In this document: one piece after another, positions 40,832-50,869 of the stretch
Numbering within the stretch: the first letter of the stretch is position 1
How the letters are laid out: each line of letters begins with the position of its first letter
Assembly: GCA_963808235.1 (NCBI GenBank)
Contig: CAWEEQ010000002.1
Coordinates: 64,001-128,000, forward strand
Length of the DNA: 64,000 bases
Source of the DNA: an uncultured delta proteobacterium
GTDB lineage: Bacteria; Desulfobacterota; Binatia; Binatales; Binataceae
Direction of reading: 5' to 3'
Translations under genes and position numbers: made by a program
Notes under the pieces: model-generated
The model's input: only the letters and a program-made list of their open reading frames with translations
What the model was told of the DNA's origin: nothing
The model's database searches: none

Positions 40832-41494
40832 CTAGCTCGCCTGTTTCTCCATTGCGGCGGCCATGTAGCTGATGGCTTGCTCGACGATCGCAGGTTCGGC
40901 GGTCTTCGGGTTTCCGGATTGAAACGGAGGTTCGGGATCGTATTCTATCGCCAATTGGGTCAGCTTCGCGGCGTCGTCTCCGCGCAACTTCGCCAGCAGC
41001 ACGAGGCCAAAGTCGATTCCGGCCGTAACACCGCCTCCGGAGATGCGGTTTCGATCCACCACGACGCGCGCGTCAACCGGCTCCGCCCCGAACGCGCTTA
41101 GCGCATTGCGCGCCGCCCAGTGGGAGGTCGCTTTGTATCCTTTCAAAAGCCCTGCCGCTCCCAGCAGAAGCGAGCCGGAGCAAACGGAAGTTATGTACTT
41201 TGAGCTGGAAGCGCGATCAGCGAGGAACGCGAGAACTCCCGCATCGTGCATCAATTGCTCCTGACCAAACCCGCCGGGTACGAACAGGACGTCGAGTTCG
41301 CGGGGACAACTCTCAAACGTGCAGCTCGGCTGTATACCGATGCCGGTATCGGAGCGGACGAGGTCATTCGTCTTCCACACGAGATGGATATTCGCGAACC
41401 ATGAAAAGACCGTTTGCGGACCGATTAGATCGAGCAAGGTAAGCCCCGGGTAAAGCAGCATCGCAATCTCGAGCGGTTTCTCAGTTTGTTTCAT
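40832..41494 (-). CDS. DJ-1/PfpI family protein (isonitrile hydratase-like)
   Basis: LDLIGP, LFVPGG, SVCSGS, ATSHW, GGVTAGID and IEYDPEPPF. Confidence 0.9.
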   Translation of the reverse strand: MKQTEKPLEIAMLLYPGLTLLDLIGPQTVFSWFANIHLVWKTNDLVRSDTGIGIQPSCTFESCPRELDVLFVPGGFGQEQLMHDAGVLAFLADRASSSKYITSVCSGSLLLGAAGLLKGYKATSHWAARNALSAFGAEPVDARVVVDRNRISGGGVTAGIDFGLVLLAKLRGDDAAKLTQLAIEYDPEPPFQSGNPKTAEPAIVEQAISYMAAAMEKQAS

Positions 41495-42186
41495 CGTCTT
41501 CGCCTCCTCGCCGGGATCGCTTTGTCTCGAAGTTTTTTCGCAGCCTTGTTTTTATTTGTAGGTCGACGAGGCGCGACTCCGCGCTCGATCGTCGATGGCA
41601 TCGCGCGATCGACTAGCGCCTGAAACGCGCATTGTGCCCTTGAATCAGCATCGGCGGCGCGCAGAAAACGATGCGCCGCGTGGTGACCCAGATAAATGCC
41701 GGAGAGTTCCCACACGAATTGATCAACGTCGAGATCGTGGCGCAGGTGTCCAAGATCGACCGCTTGTTGAACCAGTTCGGTCAGCAAGCGGCGCCACTGA
41801 CCTTCCATTTCCAGAATCTTGTTCCTGACAAGGCCCTCTACGTCGTCGAACTCGAACAGACCAGCCGCCACCGGACATCCTCCGGGAAGCCCGGCGCGCT
41901 GCGCCCATCCGAACCAATTGCGGACCAGGGCCCGCAAGCGAGGGAGACCTTCGGTTGCCGTCATCGATGGCGCGACAACATGAGCCTGGGCGAACTCCGC
42001 CATATGGGTCAGCAGTTCGATCTGGACGTCTTCTTTCGAGCGGAAGTGCGCGAAGAGTCCGCTTTTCGACATTCCCACCTGGTCAGCCAGCACGCCGAGC
42101 GTGACGCCGGTCAGGCCCGATTGGCTCATCAAAGCCAGTCCTTGATGCAGTATTCGTTCACGTGTCGAGGTTGCGGGATTGGTCAT
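41491..42186 (-). CDS. TetR-family regulator
   Basis: HTH motif TLGVLADQVGMSKSGLFAHFRSKE, plus GGCP. Confidence 0.92.
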   Translation of the reverse strand: MTNPATSTRERILHQGLALMSQSGLTGVTLGVLADQVGMSKSGLFAHFRSKEDVQIELLTHMAEFAQAHVVAPSMTATEGLPRLRALVRNWFGWAQRAGLPGGCPVAAGLFEFDDVEGLVRNKILEMEGQWRRLLTELVQQAVDLGHLRHDLDVDQFVWELSGIYLGHHAAHRFLRAADADSRAQCAFQALVDRAMPSTIERGVAPRRPTNKNKAAKKLRDKAIPARRRRR

Positions 42187-42198
42187 GCGGTCGAGAAA

Positions 42199-42223
42199 AG
42201 CACGACCGGTCGTGCTATGTCAA
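42199..42223 (-). promoter_or_regulatory. TetR autoregulatory operator inside its promoter
   Basis: Perfect 18-bp palindrome AGCACGACCGGTCGTGCT (42199-42216) just after a minus-strand TTGACA (42223-42218). The ATG follows 12 nt later, so the transcript is probably leaderless. Confidence 0.8.
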
Positions 42224-42268
42224 GCACCCGAAAGATGAGGGCAGAAAACGATCGGTTGAAGCGCGCGA

Positions 42269-45200
42269 TTAGCTCGCGGCGCGGGTGCTGCGGTCGAACT
42301 CGCGCTCGAGACGATCGATATCGGCGGGCGAGAGCGAGAAATATTTCGCCTCGGGATGATGCAGCACGAATGCGCTGACGGTGCTCTCGGGATCCATCAT
42401 GAAACCCTCGGTGAGATTCACTCCGATCGCATTCTTCTCGACCTCGAGGAGCCGAAAGAGCTGTTCCTGATCTTCCATCCGCGGACACGCGGGATAGCCG
42501 AACGAATAGCGTTTGCCCTGGTAATGCGCCTGCACCAGATCCTTCAGCGTGAGTTTCGAAGCGTCTCCGATTCCCCACATCTGCCGGATTTTCAGATGCA
42601 ACAACTCCGCGAATGCCTCCGCGCCTTCATTGGCGAGAATCTGCAAGATATGCGAGCGCAGGTAGTCACCGTTGTTCTTCCAATCGTCGGCGAGCGCGCG
42701 CACGCCGGTGCCGATGGTGGTTACGAACATGGACAGATAGTCGGTGCGGCCCGAATCGCGCGCCGCGACGTAATCGGCCAAGCACAGATGCGGCGGCTCG
42801 CTTTGGCGGCCGAAGGTGAATGACTCGAGCGCGGTCTTGCCGTCGGACGAGTAAATCGTGACGGTCCGATCGCCGTCGGATTGCGCGCGAAAGAATCTGT
42901 AAATAGCACTCGCCGAAATGTCGTCACGGGAGCGCATCACCTGCACGACATCCTCGACGCGGTTGTGAAGCTCGCGGGCTTTCGCGTCTCCCGACTCCAA
43001 AGCCTCGACGAAGTTCTGAAAACCCAGATGCTTGGCGTAGAGGCTCTTCGGGTTGATGTAGTCGAAAATCTCGACGAGGTCGTAGTCGCGAAGCACGTGA
43101 GTCTTCAAGTCGGGCGGAAGCGGAATCTCGACATCGCGACGCACCGACGAGGTGCGCGGCGTCGCGTCGATCGCGGCGTCAACGACCTTGGGCGCATTCT
43201 CGATCAGTTTCCTGGATTGCTCGGCAAGCATCCGCCGCAGCGAATCGCGGCGCTCGAAATCCATGATCTGATTGGCGAGGTCGAGCCCGTTCATGGCGTC
43301 GTTGGCGTAGGCGACCAGGCCTTCATACTCCGGCGCGATTTTCAGCCGCGTGAAGCGGTTCGAAAGCGCCGCGCCGCCGACCAGGATTGGGCAATCGATG
43401 CCGGCGGTCTTCAAGTCCTGCGCCGTCGCGACCATCATCTGTGCCGACTTGACGAGCAGGCCGGAGAGCCCGATCGCGTCCGGCTGATGCTCGCGGAATG
43501 CGCGAATCAGTTCCTCGGGTGGCACCTTGATACCGAGATTTACGACCTGGTAGCCGTTGTTGCCGAGGATAATTTCGACCAGGTTCTTGCCGATATCGTG
43601 CACGTCGCCCTTGACGGTGGCGAGAATTATTTTGCCGCGCGTCGAGGTCTCGGACTTTTCCATGTGCGGTTCGAGATACGTGACCGCGGCCTTCATCGCT
43701 TCCGCCGATTGCAAAACTTCGGCGACGATCATCTGGTTGGCGTTGAACAGCCGCCCGACCTCATCCATCCCCTTCATCAACGGGCCGTTGATGATTTCGA
43801 GCGCGCCGCGAGTGGTCAGCGCCTCGTCGAGGTCCGCAACGAGGCCATCTTTGGACCCTTCGAGTATGTAGCGCGCCAGGCGATCGTCCAGCGGCATCGC
43901 CTTGCGATCCTCGGCGGTGACCGCGCTTTTCTTCTCGCGGAAGTGGGCGGCGAATGCGGCGATCGGATCGTCGCCGCGCCACCAGATCAGGTCGTCGGCG
44001 AGCGTGCGCTCTTCTTCGGGTATCGACGGATAACGCGGAAGCTTCTCTGTATTCACCATCGCGAGATCGAGACCCGCCTGCACGCAATGATAGAGCAGCA
44101 CCGCGTTCAGAACTTCGCGGCCGGCGGGCGGCAGTCCGAACGAGACATTCGAGATGCCGAGAATAGTTTTCGCGCGCGGAAGGGCGTGCTTGATGAGCCG
44201 GATACCCTCGATGATCTCCACGCCGGCGCCAATGTAGTTTTTGTCGCCGGTGCCGATTGGAAAAGTCAGCGGGTCGAAGATAATGTCCTCCGGCTCGACG
44301 CCGTATTTTTCGGTGAGCAACTTGTAGGAGCGCTCCGCGATTTGCAGCTTGCGCTCGCGCGTGATCGCTTGCGCCTGCTGCTTGTCCTCGTCGATACAGC
44401 CGACCACGATCGCGGCGCCGAATCGGCGCGCGAGGCGAATAACCGTCTGGAAGCGGTCAGAGTGCTCGCCGTCTTCGAGGTTGATCGAGTTGATCAGCGA
44501 CTTGCCGGGCGTGCGCTTGAGAGCCTCCTCGACCACGCGGCTGTCGGTCGAGTCGATCATCAGCGGCACTTTGACTTTCTTGACTTCGATTTCAAGAAAG
44601 CGCGTGACGTCGGCGATTTCCTCGCGATCGGGATCCTGCATGTTCACGTCGATGATATGCGCGCCGCGGCGAACCTGAGCGCGCCCAATCTCGGAAGCTT
44701 CTTCGAACTTGTCTTCCGCGATGAGCCGCTTGAACTTGCGGCTGCCCAGCACGTTGGTTCGCTCGCCGACAATCACGGGCCGGGTATCCTGATCGATGAC
44801 CATCGTCTCGATGCCTGAAACGACGCATCGGCGCAAACTGGAGCGCTCGCGCGGACGCTTGCCTTCGACCGCCCGGACCAGCAGGCGGATATGCTCGGGC
44901 GTCGTCCCGCAGCATCCGCCGACCAGATTGACCCATCCATTTTCGGCGAAGCGCGCGATCTTGCCTGCGAGCATCTCGGGCGTCTCGTTGTAGTTTCCTT
45001 CTTCGTCTGGCAATCCCGCGTTCGGAACGCATGCGGTGTAGAATCTCGAAATGCCCGCCAGCGTGCGCAGATGATCGGTCATGAAGTCGGGGCCGGTCGC
45101 GCAGTTGAGGCCCATCCAGAGAAGATCGCGATGCGCGAGCGAAGTGTAGAACGCCTCGATATCCTGGCCGCTCAGCAGCGTGCCCATCGTCTCGATCGTT

Positions 45201-45793
45201 CCCGACACTGCTACCGCGGGTGCGACGCCGAGCTTTGCGATCGCTTCTTCGATTCCGACCAGGCCGGCCTTGCAGTTCAGCGTGTCGTTTACCGTTTCGA
45301 GGATCAGTATGTCCACGCCGCCTTCGATCAACCCTTCAGCCTGCACGCGGTAACCATCGCGCATCTGATCGAACGTGACCCCGCCGGTGACGGAAATGCT
45401 TTTGGTCGTCGGGCCCATCGAGCCGGCTACGAATCGCGGCTTGTCCGTGCTGAACCGGGCGGCTTCCTCGCGCGCGAGAGTGGCCGCCAGGCGATTGATC
45501 TCGCGCGTGTCGGGTTCGAGATCGTATTCGGCGAGCACGATTGGGCTCGCCTGGAAGCTCGCGGTCTCGATTATATCAGCGCCGACTTCGAGGAACCCGT
45601 CATGCATCCGGCGAATCAGGTCGGGACGGGTGCGCACGACGTTCTCGTTGCACCCTTCGTATCGAGAACCGCCGTAGTCCGCGGCGCTCAGATTCTGGCC
45701 TAGCACGAAGGTGCCGAACGCGCCGTCCAGAACAAGGATTCGTTCGGCGAGCAACTCCTTGAGGAGCTTGATCCTTTGTGCGTCGGTGGTCAT
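42269..45793 (-). CDS. metH: Cobalamin-dependent methionine synthase
   Basis: LVLDGA, GLNCATG, PNAGLP, GGCCGT, GERTN, ATVKGDVHDIGKN, SGLL and RYSFGYPACP. Confidence 0.97.
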   Translation of the reverse strand: MTTDAQRIKLLKELLAERILVLDGAFGTFVLGQNLSAADYGGSRYEGCNENVVRTRPDLIRRMHDGFLEVGADIIETASFQASPIVLAEYDLEPDTREINRLAATLAREEAARFSTDKPRFVAGSMGPTTKSISVTGGVTFDQMRDGYRVQAEGLIEGGVDILILETVNDTLNCKAGLVGIEEAIAKLGVAPAVAVSGTIETMGTLLSGQDIEAFYTSLAHRDLLWMGLNCATGPDFMTDHLRTLAGISRFYTACVPNAGLPDEEGNYNETPEMLAGKIARFAENGWVNLVGGCCGTTPEHIRLLVRAVEGKRPRERSSLRRCVVSGIETMVIDQDTRPVIVGERTNVLGSRKFKRLIAEDKFEEASEIGRAQVRRGAHIIDVNMQDPDREEIADVTRFLEIEVKKVKVPLMIDSTDSRVVEEALKRTPGKSLINSINLEDGEHSDRFQTVIRLARRFGAAIVVGCIDEDKQQAQAITRERKLQIAERSYKLLTEKYGVEPEDIIFDPLTFPIGTGDKNYIGAGVEIIEGIRLIKHALPRAKTILGISNVSFGLPPAGREVLNAVLLYHCVQAGLDLAMVNTEKLPRYPSIPEEERTLADDLIWWRGDDPIAAFAAHFREKKSAVTAEDRKAMPLDDRLARYILEGSKDGLVADLDEALTTRGALEIINGPLMKGMDEVGRLFNANQMIVAEVLQSAEAMKAAVTYLEPHMEKSETSTRGKIILATVKGDVHDIGKNLVEIILGNNGYQVVNLGIKVPPEELIRAFREHQPDAIGLSGLLVKSAQMMVATAQDLKTAGIDCPILVGGAALSNRFTRLKIAPEYEGLVAYANDAMNGLDLANQIMDFERRDSLRRMLAEQSRKLIENAPKVVDAAIDATPRTSSVRRDVEIPLPPDLKTHVLRDYDLVEIFDYINPKSLYAKHLGFQNFVEALESGDAKARELHNRVEDVVQVMRSRDDISASAIYRFFRAQSDGDRTVTIYSSDGKTALESFTFGRQSEPPHLCLADYVAARDSGRTDYLSMFVTTIGTGVRALADDWKNNGDYLRSHILQILANEGAEAFAELLHLKIRQMWGIGDASKLTLKDLVQAHYQGKRYSFGYPACPRMEDQEQLFRLLEVEKNAIGVNLTEGFMMDPESTVSAFVLHHPEAKYFSLSPADIDRLEREFDRSTRAAS

Positions 45794-45948
45794 TCTTTAG
45801 TGCCCGCTCAGATGCGGGCAGCATTGGTTTAGGGGCCGCACTCGAATGTGGCCGTAACAGACTAACCTACTCCAGCCATGGAAACCACGCAATTTTGCCT
45901 GCTGCGGGCGCGCTTGCGCCGCACGATGGCTCCAGAAGCCGCCCAGAG

Positions 45949-46869
45949 ATGAGCGTCAATGTACCATCGCGCGGGAAGAACCGCTTGATGCTGGTGACGG
46001 GCGGCGCCGGGTTTATTGGATCGCACCTGGTGGACGCGCTGCTAGCAGCCGGGATGCGGGTGCGAGTGATCGACAACTTTGCGACCGGCCGGCGCGATTA
46101 TGTGAATTCCGCGGCGGAACTGATCGACGCCGATATTCGCGATGCGGCAACTTTGAGTGGCGCGTTCGAGGGCGTGGATACTGTTTTCCATGTCGCCGCG
46201 CTGCCGAGAATCCCGCTTTCGATCGCAAAGCCGGTCGAGACACACATGACCAATGTGGTCGGTACGCTGAACGTGCTGATCGCGGCACGCGATGCAAAAG
46301 TTCGCCGCGTAGTGTACTCGGGATCGTCGTCGGTATACGGAACGCAGGAGCGCATCCCGATGGTGGAGACGATGACGCCGCATCCGATGAATCCGTACGC
46401 GCTGCAAAAGTTTGTCGGCGAGGAGTACCTGCGGATGTTCCATCGGCTGTTCGGGCTCGAGGCCGTAACGCTTCGCTATTTCGGCGTGTACGGTCCGCGG
46501 ATGGCGGAAGAGGGAGCGTATGTGCTCGCGGTCGCGGCGTTCATCGCGGCGCATCGAGCGGGCCGGCCGCTCGAGATTCACGGCGACGGCGAGCAGACCC
46601 GGGACTTCACGCACGTGCGCGACGTGGTCGCGGCGAACATGCTTGCGATCGACTGCGCGGTGGCCGACGGCCGCGCAATAAACATCGGACGTGGCGAGAA
46701 TGTGAGCATCAATCGAATCGCAGAGATGATCGGCGGCGCGATCGTGCGCAAATCCGCTCGCGCCGGCGATATGCGCGATACGTTGGCCGATCGTACTCAG
46801 GCGGAGTTGATTCTGGGCTGGAGGCCCAAGGTGTCGATCGAAGAGGGGATCGCGGAGTTGCTGACGTGA
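45949..46869 (+). CDS. NAD-dependent nucleotide-sugar epimerase/dehydratase
   Basis: TGGAGFIGSH, NPYALQK, LRYFGVYGPR and GDGEQTRDF. Confidence 0.92.
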   Translation: MSVNVPSRGKNRLMLVTGGAGFIGSHLVDALLAAGMRVRVIDNFATGRRDYVNSAAELIDADIRDAATLSGAFEGVDTVFHVAALPRIPLSIAKPVETHMTNVVGTLNVLIAARDAKVRRVVYSGSSSVYGTQERIPMVETMTPHPMNPYALQKFVGEEYLRMFHRLFGLEAVTLRYFGVYGPRMAEEGAYVLAVAAFIAAHRAGRPLEIHGDGEQTRDFTHVRDVVAANMLAIDCAVADGRAINIGRGENVSINRIAEMIGGAIVRKSARAGDMRDTLADRTQAELILGWRPKVSIEEGIAELLT

Positions 46870-46934
46870 TAAACGCAGAGAGCCGATCGGGCATCCAACC
46901 GGCTCTCTGAATTTCAGCAAATCGATTTGCGCGA

Positions 46935-48020
46935 TTACTCGAACATCAGGACCGTGCGCGCGACCTCGCCCGCCTTCATCGCGCGAAATGCTTCGTTGAC
47001 GTCTTCGAGCTTGCCGCGCCGCGTGATCATGTCGTCGAGATCGAGCCGCCCCTGTTGGTAGAGCTCGATGATTCGCGGCATGTCGATGCGGAATCGATTC
47101 GACCCCATGAAGCATCCCTGGATGCGCTTCTCGTAGAGCAGCGAGAAACCGTCAACTTCGACCTTCTGCCCGATCGGAACCATCCCGACAATGGTCGCGA
47201 TGCCGCCGGGAGCGAGCGACTCGTAGGCCTGCTCGGCGGCGACTTTGAGTCCGATCGCTTCGAACGAGTACTCGACGCCGCCGCCGGTGAGCGCGCGGAT
47301 CTCCGCAACCGCATCTCCCTTGGACGCGTCGACCGCGTGAGTCGCGCCGAGCTTTTTCGCGAGTTCAAGCTTGGACGGGAATTTGTCGACCGCGATGATC
47401 ATCCGCGCGCCCGCGATGCGCGCGCCCTGGATGATCGCGAGGCCAACGCCACCCGCACCGAAGACTGCGACCGTCGATCCCGGCGCCACTTTAGCGGTCT
47501 GCAGCGCCGCGCCGACGCCGGTCATCACGCCGCATCCGATCAGCGCAGCGCGATCGAGCGGCACATCGTGGCCAATTTTCACCAGCGCGTTCTCATGCAG
47601 CAGCATCTTCTCGGCGTAGCCCGAGAGGTCGGCGAACTGATTGACCATCTTGCCCTTCTGCGAGAGTCGCGGCTTGTCGTAGGCGCCGCGCTGAGTTGCG
47701 GCCTTGTTCGAGCAGAGGTTCGGATGGCCCGACATGCAATCCTCGCAGTAGCCGCAAAAGACCGACAGGCATGCGATTACGTGATCGCCGGGCTTCAGGT
47801 ACGAGACCTGTGCGCCCACTTTCTCGACGACGCCCGCCGCCTCGTGCCCGAGCACCGCCGGCGTCGGCCACATGTAGAGGCCGTCGACGAAATGCAAATC
47901 GCTGTGGCACACGCCGCTCGCAACCGTGCGGACGACCACCTCGCGTTCTTTGGGCTCGTCGATATCGACCTGCTCGATCGTGAGCGGCTGACCCGGACCG
48001 TGGAAGACGGCAGCTTTCAT
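46935..48020 (-). CDS. Zn-dependent alcohol dehydrogenase (paralog 2)
   Basis: GVCHSD, LGHE, CGYCEDC..C, GCGV and GAGGVG. Confidence 0.93.
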   Translation of the reverse strand: MKAAVFHGPGQPLTIEQVDIDEPKEREVVVRTVASGVCHSDLHFVDGLYMWPTPAVLGHEAAGVVEKVGAQVSYLKPGDHVIACLSVFCGYCEDCMSGHPNLCSNKAATQRGAYDKPRLSQKGKMVNQFADLSGYAEKMLLHENALVKIGHDVPLDRAALIGCGVMTGVGAALQTAKVAPGSTVAVFGAGGVGLAIIQGARIAGARMIIAVDKFPSKLELAKKLGATHAVDASKGDAVAEIRALTGGGVEYSFEAIGLKVAAEQAYESLAPGGIATIVGMVPIGQKVEVDGFSLLYEKRIQGCFMGSNRFRIDMPRIIELYQQGRLDLDDMITRRGKLEDVNEAFRAMKAGEVARTVLMFE

Positions 48021-48076
48021 TGAATGCTCTCCTTGGGATGCTTGTTTTTATGAGTTCGAATTCGATTGCGCCCCGG

Positions 48077-49165
48077 CTAGTTGAACATCAGAACCGTGCG
48101 CGCGACCTCGCCCGCCTTCATCGCGCGAAACGCCTCGTTGACGTCTTCGAGTTTTCCGCGGCGGCTGATCATCTCGTCGAGTTTGAGACGCCCCTGCATG
48201 TAGAAATCGATGTAACGCGGCATGTCGATGCGGAAGCGGTTGGAGCCCATGTTCGACCCCTGCAGTTTGCGCTCGGTAAGAAACATGTAGCCGTCGAGTT
48301 CGACCTTCTGCCCGACCGGGATCATGCCGATCACGGTTGCCATGCCGCCGGGCTTGAGCGCGTTGAACGCCTGCTCGGCGACCTTCTTGAGTCCGATCGC
48401 CTCGAAGGAGTAATCGACGCCGGCGCCGCCGGTGAGCTTGCGAATTTCATCGACTGGCTCGCTGTTCGATGCGTCCACGGTGTCGGTCGCGCCGAGCCTT
48501 TTCGCCATCGCGAGCTTTCCCTCGAACATGTCGATCGCGATTATTTTGCGCGCGCCGGCAATTCGCGCGCCCTGGATTGCGGCCAGTCCTACTCCGCCGG
48601 CGCCGAACACCGCGACCGTGGAGCCCGGCTCGATCTTCGCCGTATTGAGCACCGCGCCGACGCCCGTGGTCACGCCGCATCCGATCAACGCCGCGCGATC
48701 CAGCGGCAGGTCCTCACGGATCTTCACGACCGCATTCTCATGCAGCAGCATCTTCTCGCAGTACGACGAGATGTCCAGGAACTGATTGACCAGCTTGCCC
48801 TTCTGCGAGATGCGCGGCTTGTCGGCGGGGTCGCGCTGAGTTGCCTTCTTGTTGGAGCATCGGTTCGGATGGCCCGACATGCAACTCTCGCAATTGCCGC
48901 AGAAAACCGACAGGCAACAGATGACGTGGTCGCCCGGCTTGACGTAGGTGACCTGGCGGCCGACCTCTTCGATAATTCCGGCGGCCTCGTGGCCGAGCAC
49001 CGCGGGTGCGGGATATGGGTAGAAACCGTCGACGAAATGCAGGTCGCTATGGCAAACGCCGCTGGCGACAGTTTTGATCAGGACTTCGCGATCCTGCGGC
49101 TTGTCGAGCTCGACGTCCTCGATACTCAGCGGCAGTTTGGGCCCATGGAAGACAGCGGCTTTCAT
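48077..49165 (-). CDS. Zn-dependent alcohol dehydrogenase (paralog 1)
   Basis: Same motifs as the neighbour. The C-terminal RRGKLEDVNEAFRAMKAGEVARTVLMF is identical. Confidence 0.93.
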   Translation of the reverse strand: MKAAVFHGPKLPLSIEDVELDKPQDREVLIKTVASGVCHSDLHFVDGFYPYPAPAVLGHEAAGIIEEVGRQVTYVKPGDHVICCLSVFCGNCESCMSGHPNRCSNKKATQRDPADKPRISQKGKLVNQFLDISSYCEKMLLHENAVVKIREDLPLDRAALIGCGVTTGVGAVLNTAKIEPGSTVAVFGAGGVGLAAIQGARIAGARKIIAIDMFEGKLAMAKRLGATDTVDASNSEPVDEIRKLTGGAGVDYSFEAIGLKKVAEQAFNALKPGGMATVIGMIPVGQKVELDGYMFLTERKLQGSNMGSNRFRIDMPRYIDFYMQGRLKLDEMISRRGKLEDVNEAFRAMKAGEVARTVLMFN

Positions 49166-49294
49166 TCTTGAGTGCTCCTTGTCGGCGATATTGTGGCGTG
49201 CGTGAGCGCAATCTCTTGCGACGCGCGAGCGCGATAGCGACTCCTTTACTACCACACTGACGGCGCATTTCCAGCGCGTCGAAGACAATCGCGT

Positions 49295-50869
49295 TTACGG
49301 GAAAATGACTTGTTGCGCCGTGCCGGAGATCGGAACGCCCGGAATATGCGCGGCGGACGAGTTGGCGCGCGCGTAGAGGCACGACCAAACGTCGCTGTAC
49401 ACGAGAATCCAATCCTTGCGTGAGTCCATAAACTTCCGCCCCGGGATGTCAGGCGCGATCAGCACGTAGTCTGTCGGAAATTTGTTGAGGGCGATTTCGG
49501 CGCCGGGCTGATCGTAGTTGAATACGAAGAACACCTCCAGGATCCGCCTCGGGTAGACGGTGTCGTAACGCCCATCCATGAACACTTTGGAATCGGGCGC
49601 GAAATGCCAGATCAGGTACTCGCCCCACGCGAACTGCCCGAGCACGTTTCCCTTGAGCCCGTGGTCTTTCATGAACGCGCAAGCGCTCACGGGATACGGA
49701 TCGGTGGTGGTGAGCCGGTTCGAGAAGAAGTCGCTGCTCCAGAAAACCACCAGCGCAACCGCCGCAAGAATCGCCTGGTTCGAGTGCGGCGCGGGGTGGC
49801 TCGCGCTCGGGGCATGGCGAATCCCGGGCAATCGGCGCTCGAGCGCAAGCGGCAGATGGCGCGCGAGCGGGACGCAAATCGCAATCACTGCAATCGGCAA
49901 GTTGCGCACTGCCAGGAGTGCCGCGACTGACATGACCGCGGCGACCGCCACCAGCGGCAGATCGTCCTTGCTCGGAGTCAAAATGTACGAAAGAAGCAGC
50001 GTCGCCATCAGCAGCACTCCAAGCTCCTTGTAGATCATGCCGAAGGCCACGATGCCCATGTGCTCCTTCAAGCCCGACGTGAGCGGCTGCCAATCCTCTA
50101 TGACGATGCGCGTGTAAGGATCGAACAGCGCACGCAGCACAGCGCGCCAGGTCCCGACTCCGTATGGCGTCGCGAGCGTGGCGACAATCGCCAGAGCGGT
50201 GATCGCACCCAGTCGAAGCGCGCGCGCGGTTCCCCGATGATCGACAATGTCCTGCACCGCGGAGACTGCGGTGTAGATCGCCATCGTCGCGATTCCGATG
50301 ACGAATCCGCCATGCAGATTTGCCCACACCGCGAGCATCGGGATTGCGAGCCAGAGACGCGCGCTGCGCCCATAAACGTCGCGGGCGAGCAGGTAAATCA
50401 GCGCCGCAAGCAGAGCAAAGGTAAAGACCTGAGGACGGATTTGGATCTGCGGCTCCATGATCACCGCAGCGGTGATCAGAATCGCAAACTGAATCAGCGG
50501 AGGCGCACCCGTCTCGCTCTCGGCGGCGGCGATGAAGACCACCACCAGTGCGCAGCATCCGAGCTTCATAAGCTTGAGGCCGAAGACATTCAGATGATTG
50601 TAGAGCGTGCCCATGATGAGCTCGGTAAGCCATTCGTGATTGAGCCAAAGATGACGCGGCGCGGAATATGAATAAGGATCGCGCCACGCGATATGGCCCT
50701 GGCTCAGCATCGCCTGCCCGAAGCGCACGTGTCCCCAGAGGTCGGGGTCGGAGAAGCGGACCAGGTCGGCAACGGCAATCGCAATCAGGATTAGCGCGGG
50801 CGAATAGCGCAAGAGCGACGCGATAGCGGGGCGGGTTTCTTGCGACGCGGATGTGGTCTCGAGCTTCAT
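49295..50869 (-). CDS. Polytopic membrane protein, GT-C-like (paralog 2)
   Basis: SDPDLWGH, DPYSY, HEWL, RPQVF, WANLHGGF, WGEYLIW and VFMDGRYD. Confidence 0.8.
   Translation of the reverse strand: MKLETTSASQETRPAIASLLRYSPALILIAIAVADLVRFSDPDLWGHVRFGQAMLSQGHIAWRDPYSYSAPRHLWLNHEWLTELIMGTLYNHLNVFGLKLMKLGCCALVVVFIAAAESETGAPPLIQFAILITAAVIMEPQIQIRPQVFTFALLAALIYLLARDVYGRSARLWLAIPMLAVWANLHGGFVIGIATMAIYTAVSAVQDIVDHRGTARALRLGAITALAIVATLATPYGVGTWRAVLRALFDPYTRIVIEDWQPLTSGLKEHMGIVAFGMIYKELGVLLMATLLLSYILTPSKDDLPLVAVAAVMSVAALLAVRNLPIAVIAICVPLARHLPLALERRLPGIRHAPSASHPAPHSNQAILAAVALVVFWSSDFFSNRLTTTDPYPVSACAFMKDHGLKGNVLGQFAWGEYLIWHFAPDSKVFMDGRYDTVYPRRILEVFFVFNYDQPGAEIALNKFPTDYVLIAPDIPGRKFMDSRKDWILVYSDVWSCLYARANSSAAHIPGVPISGTAQQVIFP

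Noticed and set aside
45794-45948. Cobalamin or SAM riboswitch upstream of metH
   Set aside because: The intergenic region is short and I could not see the conserved riboswitch motifs by eye. An Infernal/Rfam scan would settle it.
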